From: Haliotis rufescens
Taxonomy: Eukaryota
Length of the DNA stretch: 64,000 nucleotides
NCBI RefSeq assembly: GCF_023055435.1
Contig: NW_025964372.1
Location: 35,836,001-35,900,000, forward strand
Direction of reading: 5' to 3'
Position 1 is the stretch's first letter, and each line of letters starts with the position of its first letter. The notes under the pieces were generated by a model. It was not told the origin of the DNA, did not search any database, and saw nothing but the letters and a program-made list of their open reading frames with translations. Position numbers and translations under genes: made by a program. Shown one piece after another: positions 51,795-64,000 of this stretch.

Positions 51795-52900
51795 ATGAAG
51801 GCAATTGTTTGATAATATATATAGCGTATTTCATCAAGTAAAGATTGAAGACAACACACACGTTTCTTCATCTGTGTACTGGTCAACAGCAAAATGATGC
51901 AAATCAGGGTTTGGGTAGTGAATGGCTGAAAATCTAACATTTAATTGATCCTGGCCTGAAGGCATGTGTTTTGGCAGCTGTACAATTGCCGAGAAGCTGT
52001 TACCTCCCCTGGGATTCCCCGGTTGATAACACTGTAACGCCTGCTCCACATTCAGATACAATGTTAAACATTATTGCACCAGCCACACAGAGCTCATCCC
52101 TGTGCTTAACCCATGTGTTACACTGTAGTAATACATATCTCTGGCTAGCAAGGTAACCTGGGATATATCTCCATTTTAAACGTATGGGAAATACCCAGTG
52201 TAGAATGGATGTTAGAACATATCAGAATGGCTGTTGATGTAAAATTTTGCAATATGCTGAACGGTTTTAGAATTTTATCGTGTCTGAATAGAACTTGGCA
52301 ACATTTATTGTTTCAAGCTGAAGAGAAGTAGAGAACTAGACTATCACAGGTGAATCTGGAATTGTGTAACTATATTCGCCACCCATGTGAACAGTGACCC
52401 AGGGTTATCTCCCCTTGAGGAGGGCCTCCCATAACGAGGTAATAAGAACACGAGGATCAAAGCCCCCAGGGAAAGGTCAGCAGTGTCTGTTTATGTTTAG
52501 ATTGGAAGTCTTTGTTTATCACTTTGCCATCCTGGGGGTCTGTAGTAGATTGACTGCCTCTTGTCTCATGGTTGACAGTCGGAGGTTTCTAGAGAAAGCC
52601 CTATTACAACTTTTGAGAAAAAGGAGTGCATAGTGTTTTAGAAAGGAGGAGCAATTAGAAATGTAAAAAGTTAATAAAAATAATTTATGAAACAATTTAA
52701 CCTCAAAATAGGCAATTAATTGAAAAAAATATACCATGTCGATAAATGATTATTTCATGATGTAGTAATGTGCTTTTTTCATAATCATTTCCTGCAATAA
52801 AACAGTTTGAATGTGTGTTGGGGGGAACTGTGGAGAAGTATCTTGCAAGATGTTCACACCTGGTATTAGCTAGGTCGGTGGTGATACTGAGCAATCAGGA

Positions 52901-53075
52901 GTGAGTGAGTGAGTGAGTGAGTGAGTATGGATTTACGCCACTTCTAGCAATATTCCAGCATATCACAGCAGGGGACACCAGAAATGGTTTTCACACATTG
53001 TACCCATGTCGGGATTCGAACCCGGGTCTTCGGGGTGACGAGCGAACACTTTAACCACTAGGCTACCCGACCGTC
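52901..53075 (-). mobile_element. SINE family A, young copy
   Basis: Perfect 14-bp TSD ctgagcaatcagga; close to consensus. Confidence 0.92.
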
Positions 53076-55129
53076 CTGAGCAATCAGGAACAGATTCTCT
53101 GTGGCAGTGGTCTGTGAGTTCATGGCAACAGGTCTGATGAAGAAATGGCGTCTTACTAGATTCTCTGAAGTTGTATGATGAATTCTTTCTTGGAATCGTG
53201 TCGATATTACATTGTATGAGCATTAATGGAGTCTGTGACTCTAGTACTAGTCCAAAGCCTAGTGAAGTAAACTTAGCTGGTGATAGTCCTTTTGATGAAA
53301 ATGAAACGACTTAAAATGATGCTAAGAGACAAGTTTCGGCTTGGAGATTGAAAGTTTGGGGCACATGCTCACTCACTCACTCACTCACTCACTCACTCAC
53401 TCACTCACTCACTCAACCACTCAACCACTCAACCACTCAACCATCCACCCACCCACCCACTCACTCACCCAGCCACTCACTCACTCACTCACTCACTCAC
53501 TCAAGGTACACCCAAATCTTTCATATTTCTATAGTTAATCTGTGATGCCATAAACTACTCAAAAACATTAGGGACCACCAAATTCTTTCATATTACAATA
53601 CTTAATATGTTATGACATGAATATGGAAGAATTGTGTGGTCCTTTTTTTTTTTAGTGGTATATGTTCCTGCGCACATTAGAAAAGTATAAGCTGTAATGA
53701 ATTCTTAAAAAGAGTCAAAGAGCGGTTATACATATGTGAATATTTATTATGATTGCACTGATACTGAAGTGTATATACATATATACATAATGACATAAAG
53801 CAGGCACTGTGCTATGTGCTGCACTAGAGAAAAACACAAAATATCAACACATGTGGCATTAACAATTTAAGTGAAATAAATATTGCAGTTAATAAACATC
53901 TTACTGAATTAAAGTGAATGTTATGACAATCAAACAAATTCCTGCCATTTGAGTGACAGATTAATTTTTAAGGAAAATGTAAAGTTAATCGTTAATATCA
54001 CTTATTGCTGAGAAACCACTCACTCGTAGCAGTCTCTGAAACACAGTGCTTTATCTTTTTACTGTAATGCCACATCAAAAGAGAATTAATGTACTTAAAC
54101 CAGTATGTTGTTCTGAATAGATGTGAAAAACGTGTTTCACCTGATTTCCTTCACTGAGGGGGATTGTAACATTCGTTTGATGTCTTAGAAATAACAACAT
54201 GAAAGCTTGAGTTTGACCAACCTCGCATCTAAAGGGTGCATTCTATGATGGGAGGTAGGCAATGGAGGATAACATTCACGGGATATATAATCCCGGTTAT
54301 GTAATATGTAAGAATAATTTACCAAGGTCACATGTTCATTGACACTGAAATAATTAGTCACATTAGCTGTGTATTTTAACCTTGTTATTATCATATGAAC
54401 ATGCCAAATATGTTGTTGACAAGGTGTGAGTGGATCTCCATGTTAGTACACCTGCATGGCAATAGCTTCCCTTCCCAGACTCCCCTGAGATTAAGAAAAG
54501 TAACATCTTGATGGGGATGGATGATAGTGGGGGGTATTTCTCGAGGTAATAGGATATTTTTAGAAAGGGGTGACATTTTGAAATTAGCTTTGTCAAAACA
54601 GTCATAAATGTGTCTGCTGATGCATTGTGCAAAATGTGGGGAATGATAGCACAAAGTGACAGGTAGATTTCAAACTGTATGTACGGTCATGTAACATTTT
54701 GAGAACATGAATAAACGCCCACTTAAACATGACTGTTGGAGACGTCTGTGTTGTGTTGGTGACATCCTGTCTCTATAAGACTTTAGTTTAAACCTATAGG
54801 GTTTACGTTCTTTTTAATTTTGAAACTTACAAGGGAAGTTGTCATGAGTTTGTAAAAGAATTGATATCATTTTTTGCTTCACTGATGTACCCAAAAACTC
54901 TATTTGTGGACTTTTCATTCAATATTGACCTGTATTAAAGTGGTGTATTTTTATTATGAATTATTGTATTTCATTGCATTGAAGCATATGATATATTATG
55001 CTGAATCTGACACAGTCAGATGCCGAAGTGTGTGATAGTATGAGTTGGAGTGTTATAGTGGACATATTGACAGGGAAATGGACTATCAATGTGAAGACGA
55101 TGTGATGAGGTCAGTGTTGTAGAAGTTCA

Positions 55130-55710
55130 TGGAGTTGGTCCACTGGTGTTGTGACGTCTGCAGCAACGTCTGCAGCAACGTCCAGCAGAGCTGTAGAAGT
55201 TACAGCATATAGTACACGGTGTTGGTCCACTGGTGTTGTGACGTCTGCAGCAACGTCCAGCAGAGCTGTAGAAGTTACAGCATATAGTACACGGAGTTGG
55301 TCCACTGGTGTTGTGACGTCTGCAGCAACGTCCAGCAGAGCTGTAGAAGTTACAGCATATAGTACACGGAGTTGGTCCACTGGTGTTGTGACATCTGCTG
55401 CAACGTCCAGCAGAGCTGTAGAAGTTACAGCATATAGTACACGGTGTTGGTCCACTGGTGTTGTGACATCTGCAGCAACGTCCAGCAGAGCTGTAGAAGT
55501 TACAGCATATAGTACACGGTGTTGGTCCACTGGTGTTGTGACATCTGCTGCAACGTCCAGCAGAGCTGTAGAAGTTACAGCATATAGTACACGGAGTTGG
55601 TCCACTGGTGTTGTGACGTCTGCTGCAACGTCCAGCAGAGCTGTAGAAGTTACAGCATATTATACACGGAGTTGGTCCACTGGTGTTGTGACGTCTGCTG
55701 CAACGTCCAA
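55130..55710. repeat. 75-bp tandem repeat, about 7.5 copies
   Basis: gttggtccactggtgttgtgacgtctgcagcaacgtccagcagagctgtagaagttacagcatatagtacacgg. Confidence 0.95.
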
Positions 55711-56053
55711 CAGTGGAAGAATGTTTCAGAAACCACTGTTACTGTCATCAAGTTATAGTTAGTGTTTTGACAAGTGATATGTATAAATTCACTGCTGCAA
55801 ACTCTAAATGGACATGGCAGATCTCAGGGATGAGACTGTGTCCACATCAACACAAAACATCCAGCTAGAAATACCATGACGATACGCCATAATGCAAATC
55901 AGTGAATCCGTAGAAATACGACAGGGACATACTATGAATTAGGTCAACAATAAAACAATGTAAAATTGAGACATAAAAACATGTGCAACAAAGTGTCAAC
56001 ATTCATTTTAAAAATCCCTGATAATATCTATAGTGTTTATGCTACTTTCCTAA

Positions 56054-56664
56054 TCATAATCTAGGTTTAATTTTCATTACTGAAGTCTTCATCTGAATCC
56101 AGTCTTGCCAGTCACTGTTGAACCACACAATGCCGGTGTCGTAACGGCCGTTGAGGTTGCTGTATTGGCAATGGCGGTACCACCAGCCCGAGGTGAAGTA
56201 CAGAGCACAGTGGGTGCTGCTCAGGTCATTGTCCTTATCCTGTGTACTGAAGGCCATGTCATTAGAATAGTCCATTCCATCTGTAGCGTTGCCATGGAAA
56301 CCATGAACCCGTAGCTTATAATTTTCCTCTTTTGTTGAAATTGCAAACTCATCATATTCCACAAACCAGTATCCATCGAAGACATCCGTCATTTCGATCC
56401 TGAGAGAATAGTTATCATGCGTTGTCATCAAATGAATGAATTCATTGCCGACCCAGAATTCATCCTCAGCGGAACCAAATCCTATGGCATATTCCGCCCA
56501 AGATCGACTAAAGTTCTCCTTGCCATGCACACGTTTCTGAATCAGTGTCCAACCACCATCGGCCTCCATGCTGCAGTAGACGAACACTGACTGCAGCGCC
56601 CCCTTGGGGTATATGATGTACTTCCCGGAGTCCAGGAACCCACGCTTGTAGTAGCCATCACAAT
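56054..56664 (-). CDS. Fibrinogen C-terminal domain (FReD) terminal exon of the scabrous/angiopoietin-like gene
   Basis: DC...VYCSM..DGGWTLIQKR..G..NF.R.W.EY..GFG....EFWVGNE...FSTQDKDND....HCA....SGWWY..C...NLNG. Acceptor ttgttccag, TGA stop at 56054-56056. Confidence 0.95.
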
Positions 56665-57046
56665 CTGGAACAAATAGTGAAGGGTCATTACTTTCAAAAA
56701 ACAAAATCTTACAAATCGCTCTGTGTGTAAATCTGACAATCAGACTTTCTTGACATATCCTCTGAATATTGAATGTGATGTTAGCCCATAACCTGAATGT
56801 AATGTAGATACATCAGTACTCTGTTTTAACCATTAACCTTTTTTGGAAATGGGTCAGTGGTGGCCCAGTTGTCTAAGCTACTGCAATTGTTGTACAAGTA
56901 TGCACTAGTCATAGGTTGCCCTGATTGTCAGCCTCGATCTGTCATCACCATTGTCCTGGCTCGTGGGTTTCACCAAAGTGTCAAATACAATGTATCTATA
57001 AACTGAGCTGATGAGGCATTTCGCCACATTAAACTGACATATGTTA

Positions 57047-57402
57047 CAGTACTGAAATGTGGCATTGGACACCACTCATTCAGAATAGGTAACAGAATTT
57101 CACAACGGTTCTCAGATCTTTTTGACAGCTGTAAATCTCTACTGCAACTATTTGCCAACATCATATCCTTGTACTCAGTTATAAAAACTTTTTCGCTCTC
57201 ACTGACAAATACTATTAAATCATCAGTACTGAAATGTGGCATTGGACACCACTCATTCAGAATAGGTAACAGAATTTCACAACTGTTCTCAGATCTTTTT
57301 GACAGCTGTAAATCTCTACTGCAACTATTTGCCAACATCATATCCTTGTACTCAGTAAAAAAACTTTTTCGCTCTCACTGAGAAATACTTTTAAATCATC
57401 AG
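57047..57402. repeat. About 177-bp tandem duplication in the intron of the nested gene
   Basis: cagtactgaaatgtggcattggacacc... occurs at about 57047 and 57224, nearly identical. Confidence 0.9.
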
Positions 57403-57704
57403 AGCTCCAGATACTCAGATATGCTGATACTCAGAATATTTGCAAAACAATTGTGAAATTTTTCAAAATTTCAATAGTACAACAAGACTGTGTGTAATTT
57501 TCCAATGTAAATAACAAACTTATAGCCGGAGCCCTTATTCATTGGCTATGTGAAAACATTTCCACCCATAACCCCTTGCTTCCCCTCACACAAACTCAAA
57601 CCCTAACCCTAATCATTTTTAATTACTTCCAGCCAGGGTTTATGATTCATAAAAATTACGAGTCAGGGGTTGCGGGCAGAAGTTTTATGTCTCTATGTCC
57701 TCAC

Positions 57705-59338
57705 CTGTGGGTACAGTGGTGAGGAGGTTGGTGACCTCCTGCTGCACGAGGCTGATGATGGGCATGTACAGCTGCCATGTTGCTGCCTTCGACCACAGCT
57801 TGTGCAGGAACACTGTGTTGTTCTTGCAGTTACTGTGTACCCGGTACAGAGCCCGGTCAACTCTCTTGATCATCTCACTCAGCAGCAATCCCTGGCTGGT
57901 CATTGCCGACATCTCCTTCTCAAGGGTCAGCAGGCGGCCATCTTGGTACAGGTCCTTGCTGGACTTCTGACACTGGAACAAAGTCTGGTTGAGGACCTTG
58001 CTCTCCAAGTTGGCGATCCTGTTCTCGTTGTAGATGATCTGTAGGGCTAGGTCCTCCACGCGGGACATGACGTCCCCAGATGGTGGTGTGTACCCAGGTT
58101 GTTGATGGGCGGTGGTGGGACTTCCAGACTTGATGCTGCCAAGGTACTCTACATGTTCCCGAAGGTCCTGCACACTGTTGTTGAGGCGGATGATGTGCAT
58201 CCTGAGAACTCGGTACTGCTGGTCACTAAGGAGTCGCTGATCGGTCATCTTCCAGTCCATCTGACCGACTGCCCTGGAGTTGTTGAGGATCATGTTGGTC
58301 ATCTGTGCAATCTGCTGCTGGTTGAACTGGGTGGAGTTGATGATCTGATCGCTGGCCATCTTCCACTGATCCAGGGTGATGACATTCTGGGTGAAGTTGA
58401 TGAGAGACTCCTGCAGCTTCTGCATGAAGTCCCCAAGCTGGATGGACAGAACCCGACTCTCAACCCCATGGATCTTCTCGCCCATACGGACCATCTGCTG
58501 CTCCACGTTCTCAATGTCCGTGTCTCGCTTTAGAATCTCTTGTTCAAAGTAGGAGTCATGTGTCTTCAGAAGGTCCTTTATCCTGGCCTCTAGTTCTTCT
58601 CTGTCTGCGTTGTCAAGCTTGCCCTTGACTTGCTGCTCTAATACTTGAAGTCTGTCTTCCAGATCTACCACATTAACACCATTGACACTTGATGTGTTGA
58701 GTGTGGGAAGGAGAGTGTCAACATCCACACCATCTCCATCTCCACTACCTTCTTCTGCATCTGGAGGACCTGTATTGGGTCTTGACATCCGACTTTCAAA
58801 GCTCATATCCCCCGAGCCGTCACCGGAATCTAGGTCCTCATTGGTCCAAACAAGGGAATCATTTGTTTGATTCAGTTCTAACCTGTTCACATTTCGTCCA
58901 TGCCTTCTCTGATCTTTTACATGAACTTTTAATATTTTAACAACATTGCCATATCTATTTTGAAGTTTTGAAATTGAGTCACTATTTGTTTTTTCCTTTT
59001 TTCGCAAACCCTGCACGTCCTCCATCAAAGAAACATAACTTTGAAACAAATCTTCTTTCACACTCATCAGTTGTGACATATTATGCCGCACTTCAAACAC
59101 ATGATCATCCTCAAATGGCCTTGCATCCTTAACCAAGGTCATCTCGTGTTTGGTTTCGCGCTGTTGAAAGTCTAGTCGTGTAATGTCTAGCTTGATGTTT
59201 GTCGACTGCTCCTCAATGGCTCCAAAGCGCTCCCGAAGCTCCACAATGTGCTGGCGCAGCTGGACCACTTCAGCTTCAGCTTTGATCATCGTGTCGCGGT
59301 ATTGTCTTGTTCGTCTTTCCATTCGACGGAGACGGGTT
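57705..59338 (-). CDS. Scabrous/angiopoietin-like fibrinogen-related protein, large coiled-coil exon (5' exon with signal peptide not located)
   Basis: 556-aa ORF with heptad-like composition. Minus-strand acceptor tgtttacag|A at 59338, donor ACAG|GTGAGG at 57705. Phase 1 joins the next exon as ...VPT-D-CDG. Confidence 0.88.
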
Positions 59339-61557
59339 CTGTAAACATAGACCAAGATTAATCATTCGTTTCACATGGTTGAGTTTCTTTGTGAATAAAC
59401 ATCAGATATGATAAATGTTGTCAACAACATTCTAGTTAGCTATGTCCAACCTCGTTTTCAGGGTTTTTGTGTTAAATCATTAAGCTTTTTTCTTGAAACT
59501 GATTTCAATTGTTTTTCAGGGGTAAATTTGTGGGTTTGATAAATTTCTGCCATAAGCTGACGATTTTGGTATTCATAGATTACCAAGAATATTCCATTAT
59601 TTTCAAATTGCAAATTTTTCATATCAAACAAAGTGGACAATAATAAAGAAGTGGGAGGTTATAAAAGGATATATAGAAGATATTCACCATGGTAATTATG
59701 ACTGATATCTGCCAATAATGAAACCCTTGTACAGTGTTAAAGAAATGAAAGGATCACATCCATGAGTCGATCTATAACAGCGAATCAAATGTAAGATCAT
59801 ATACACAAATATTTATAGAATGAGAAATACTCTGTTCAAGTATGTTGAGGTGAGGTGAAATGAGGCATAACGTCGTTTTCAAGACTATTGCACTTATATG
59901 CGACTCAGATTACGATTTGAATAAAAATACACAAAAACTGAAAGTTTTGCTTTGATTAACAGCCTGAAAGCAATTGTATGACAGATTTGAGCAAGTTTCA
60001 CAATGTTCCTTCACAAAAAAGCCTACAGCTTACTTGAAATGCCCTTTCAGGGGTAACATGATGTGGCAACTCACAAACCTGTCTGATATTTTATATCCAT
60101 TTATTCAATTTTGTGAAGTTACATGTTCAAAGATGTAAGCACTGGGTGAACCTCTCTTTGTCTTGAGGAAAAGGGAACTGAAGTTGGGCATAAATGCATC
60201 ATTATTGAAAAGCACCTGATAATAAACTCCCTCATGGTCATGTTCAAAGGCTTGTATGTCTTTCTGCTCTCTCTCTTTGTTTAGTTATTTCTTTAAATTT
60301 TTCAATATTTTTATGATAATTTTAGGGGCATTGGGTTAGCCTAGTGGTTAAAGCATTTACTGGTCACACCAAAGGACTGGGTTGTATGTGAAGACGGGAG
60401 ACCTCCACCGTGATAGTGCTGCAATATTGTTGAAAGATGTGTAAAACCTCGCTCGTTAGCTTGCTTGCTTGCTTGCTCGCTCGCTCACTCACTCACTCAC
60501 TCACTCGTCCCCACTCGCCTCACTCACTCACTCACTCACTCCTATATTCTTGTCTTAATAACTTCAAGAAATTTGTTTTGTTTTATTAGTACTTGACATA
60601 TTGTCAACCCAATGTTTTTTGACAATGATTAATCACACTTTTTCCCTACTTTTGTGACAGGAAAAACAGACCAATTCTATTTCTCTGTCCTTTCTTCATT
60701 TGAAGAAAATAAAGTCAAGTGTAGCTCTCTGCTCTAGTTTTATACCCTAAGCTTACTGCTGGCTCAGAGACTGTTTATACCAATTATCAATAAATGCCCA
60801 TCAAACATACAGTATTGAAGTCAAGGTCATGACAAGACTACTTCACGAGCCTGAACCTCATATTAATGTTTGGTGAGACTTCTATCTTACTCAGACCCAT
60901 CAGTTGGCATTATCAAGTGGGACATCAGGCTTTGGCAGCTTACGATTTTTGTCATTTTAAATGTTTGAGTTTACACAACATGACAAGCAGTCTGACAAGG
61001 GACATCAGTTACACATCCACCAGTCAGTATAATGGGCATCCATTTTAACATTCCAAATCAGTATTTTATTGGGCAGCTTTTTAATCAATTAATCAACTCC
61101 GAAACCCCTTTCAAAGTGTATTTTATACATGTGTATGTATGCATACAGATCTTAAGGGTGTTGTTTGATGTTCTTCAAAGGGAAGGCTTAAAACACTAAT
61201 GTATTCCTACAGCTATAAATAACGTAATACACAGACCGTTCATCCTAGAATTTCTTAATCAAAGCAATGTTACTCCTACACAAATATTTACTATGTCTGT
61301 ATTCGCCTGCTGAATCATATAATCGATCATGTGTTCATACTCAAGAGTGGCTAACAAATCAGTCTAGCATATCGCACTGATGGGTCATGCCATGTCTTCC
61401 TTGGTAAGACAGTTAATATGGCTGCCTGCTGTACCAGGAGAGATCATATCTCGGCACGAAGATGAACTAAAGAGGTGATTAAACCAATATCCTTGCAGAT
61501 GGATGAGAAAATCTATAATAACGTTCCTACGTCAACTCAAATAATATTTCCCCCAAG

Positions 61558-61897
61558 TAAGGGACTGGTCATATATTATTGGGGGGGGGGGGCAAGGGAT
61601 TGGTCTTTGGACTAATTCATATTTTTCTGCCCCCCTTATTTTCTGTAACATTTTTTTCATAACCCCCCCCCCCCCCCCCCCCCCCCAAAAAAAACAACAA
61701 CAACAAAAAAACAACATGTGTAACATTCACTCATGACCCCCTCCCTATAATAAATTACCAGTCGCTAAGTAATATCAAATTTATATTTTTATTTTCAAAT
61801 AGAACTGTAATTTTTACCTCACACACACATACGCACATACTCACGTCCCCCTTAGTGTCACTGGCCTGCCTCCCCTATAATAAATGGCCAGTCCCTA
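61558..61897. mobile_element. Non-autonomous TIR element, possibly Kolobok-like
   Basis: Inverted ends agggactggtcatatattatt.gggg / cccctataataaatggccagtccct in a TAA context. Superfamily call is inference. Confidence 0.55.
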
Positions 61898-63570
61898 AAA
61901 TAGGAAGCCTGACACAAACTGTTGCCATCATCTTAAATTCCCTGTAGCCTGTGGCTAGGTTTCATGCCTGGCAGTGTTTGGTCTTACAATTTCCTTGATA
62001 TTGCTTTTTTAGAACATATTAACACAATTATGCCACTTCAAAGATGCTTCATTGATTGTTTCTGCATCGTTCTCCAGGGGGATTTCAATTTGTTCTTTTA
62101 TGACCTTGAAGTGTCTTAGATATTTTATTTAGACATTTCCCTGATTGATTTTGAAAGAATGAATGATGTACATTAAGTTTTCTGTGGTGTGTTAAATTTA
62201 CTGTTACTGTATAATCCAAGAAGCATAAAACATCACACGAATCACTCTGAGAAATATATACGTTTTTGTTATCAGTAAAACAATAATCACAACATGAATG
62301 TGGTCTTTACATTAAAATGATGTGGTTAAAAACTTATATCATTGTCTTCAAAAACGGTACTTGAAATTACAAGAAGAAAAAATAGTGTTGCTTATCTGTA
62401 AGTCTTTTGTTTGTCAACATTTTCAACAATAGCTAATGTCAGCGCTAAACAGAAACTTTGACTTTGCTCCACTGTGATAATATGGAAGATTTGAATGCAA
62501 TCTCGACAGAATGTTTCTCAGGGAGTTCAGCTTGTTCAGATCGGTAGGCGGACATATTTATGATGTCTTTGTATACTGAACCAATATATTTTGGAGAAGA
62601 ATAACCAATAGTCACTTAGATAGAATACAACGATAAATATGTTATTACCAGGACTGTGTTATATATTGCATAACCAACCCACAGGAGAATTTCCAAAATA
62701 AGGTACAAGGAGTGATATTTGCTGTCCAATTATATCCAAATCAGTTCCATATTGTCTGGTACCGTATCCCCCATGAGACCTGGCATCAAACATCTGATCT
62801 CGGACTCCTTGGCGCACTTAACCCCTGCCCTTATTCTGACTGGCTACGTTTATCACAACCATCTTAGAGAACAGTTGGATGGAATGGCAGAACATATCGA
62901 CTGAATGGCGAACACAGAGACGGGAATGCCAGAACGGAGAGACATGTTGGCAGCTACAGCTTTGGTCTCTCTGTCAGGAAACGGCACCGGAATGGTAAAT
63001 GAGTTGAAAGTATTGCGAGCATACCCTTGTGTGTTGGGGAAGCTGTGCCATCATACCAAGACATGTGGCCAGATGGACGTGGATTCCGGCAAAACTATCA
63101 ACTTCACTTTTGATAATCTGCTGGAGTAGTGTCCCTTTGGGCCTGCAAGTCATTTTGAATCATCACATCAGGGCCCTGTCCCTTATCCCTCAAAGTGATC
63201 GTAGCACTAATGTGATCGTAAATCCCTTAACCTAGACTAAGGAGAGTCCTATAGTCCTGCACCATGACTGTGGAATATATTTATTTTATGAAATGCATAC
63301 AAAAGCAAGTCTAGCAAGCTCAAGCTAGCTCTGAAATCAGCATAGGGAAAATAAATAAATTTTTAGAGTCAAGAAGCATATTGTGTAATATAAGATTTCA
63401 GAGACTAAATGTTAGTCTAAGAGTCCTAGCGCTACGATTACTTTGTGGAACGGTGCTCTGGGAGGGCCATTGAAGGTCTTGCTTCAGGGTGTTGATGGCA
63501 GACATGGCGTGTCATACTCCTGAGGGAGATTAGAAGTTAAGTGACTCAATACTAAACTGCACCCTTTTAT

Positions 63571-63883
63571 CAGGGTATGAAACTCCCAAAAATTTCAGCC
63601 AGACCACAGGACTGGCTAGCTGAAATACTTGCCAGCCCTGACCAAAACCTGCCTGCCCACTATAATCATATGTTTCTCAGGATAAGCTAACGGGGTTTCT
63701 TTTTGGTTACATTTTATCATTCATCTTTACATGTGAATTAATGCTTATCATCGGCAAATATTTTGAATATTTTTACATATGAAATATAACCCGACCGTCG
63801 GGCAGGGGGATTTGAAAATCTGGCAGCCTGAGTTGAAATCAACCCGTCTCGGACGGTCGGGCAGGCAGGTATTTCGAACACTG
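63571..63883. mobile_element. hAT-like MITE
   Basis: CAGGGT.TGAAA...TTTCGAACACTG ends, direct repeat cttttat on both sides. Confidence 0.6.
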
Positions 63884-64000
63884 CTTTTATCAAGTTCACA
63901 GATCCATTCACTGTTTGTTGTCTTTATGTACAGGAGAGTGATTATGAAGGGAAGTAATTCAGTAGTGAGTGAGTATTGTTTAACGCAGCTTTTAGCAATA

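Noticed and set aside
55111-55762. 164-aa and 203-aa repetitive ORFs on both strands
   Set aside because: Consequence of a 75-bp (multiple of 3) unit; no splice or homology support.
57008-57035. CTGATGAG hammerhead-core-like motif
   Set aside because: No GAAA after the putative stem II and no supporting stems.
59339-59355. ORF-track start MVYVY of the 556-aa ORF
   Set aside because: TTG start, no signal peptide, and it overlaps a good acceptor (tgtttacag); treated as intron. Same for MFFES...VP at 56665-56704.
48782-64000. Search for further TBC exons and for the nested gene's first exon
   Set aside because: No convincing phase-compatible candidates found by eye; a short exon could have been missed.

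Overview
AT-rich, repeat-dense animal genomic DNA; the SINE and MITE repertoire looks molluscan (gastropod-like; inference). The + strand carries 18 GT-AG coding exons (2176-48781, about 767 aa, phases consistent throughout) of a TBC1D2/TBC1D2B-like Rab GAP: N-terminal PH domain, Ser/Arg-rich linker, coiled coil, and a TBC domain with Arg- and Gln-finger motifs. I found no exon for the rest of the TBC domain, so the gene probably continues past base 64000. Inside that last long intron, on the - strand, lies a scabrous/angiopoietin-like gene (coiled-coil exon 59338-57705, fibrinogen-domain exon 56664-56054). The most unusual pattern is that several intronic minisatellites are tandem amplifications of the gene's own splice junctions: about 19 extra acceptor+exon-start copies before exon 14, 3 extra branchpoint+acceptor+exon-start copies before exon 18, about 115 donor-bearing units starting exactly at the exon 15 donor, and 3 extra donor-region copies at exon 9. 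The extra acceptors all run into premature stops. Introns also hold four SINE-like families (A-C share a 3' end) and non-autonomous MULE-, hAT-, Tc1/mariner- and Harbinger-like elements. All coordinates were read by hand; repeat boundaries and copy numbers are approximate.
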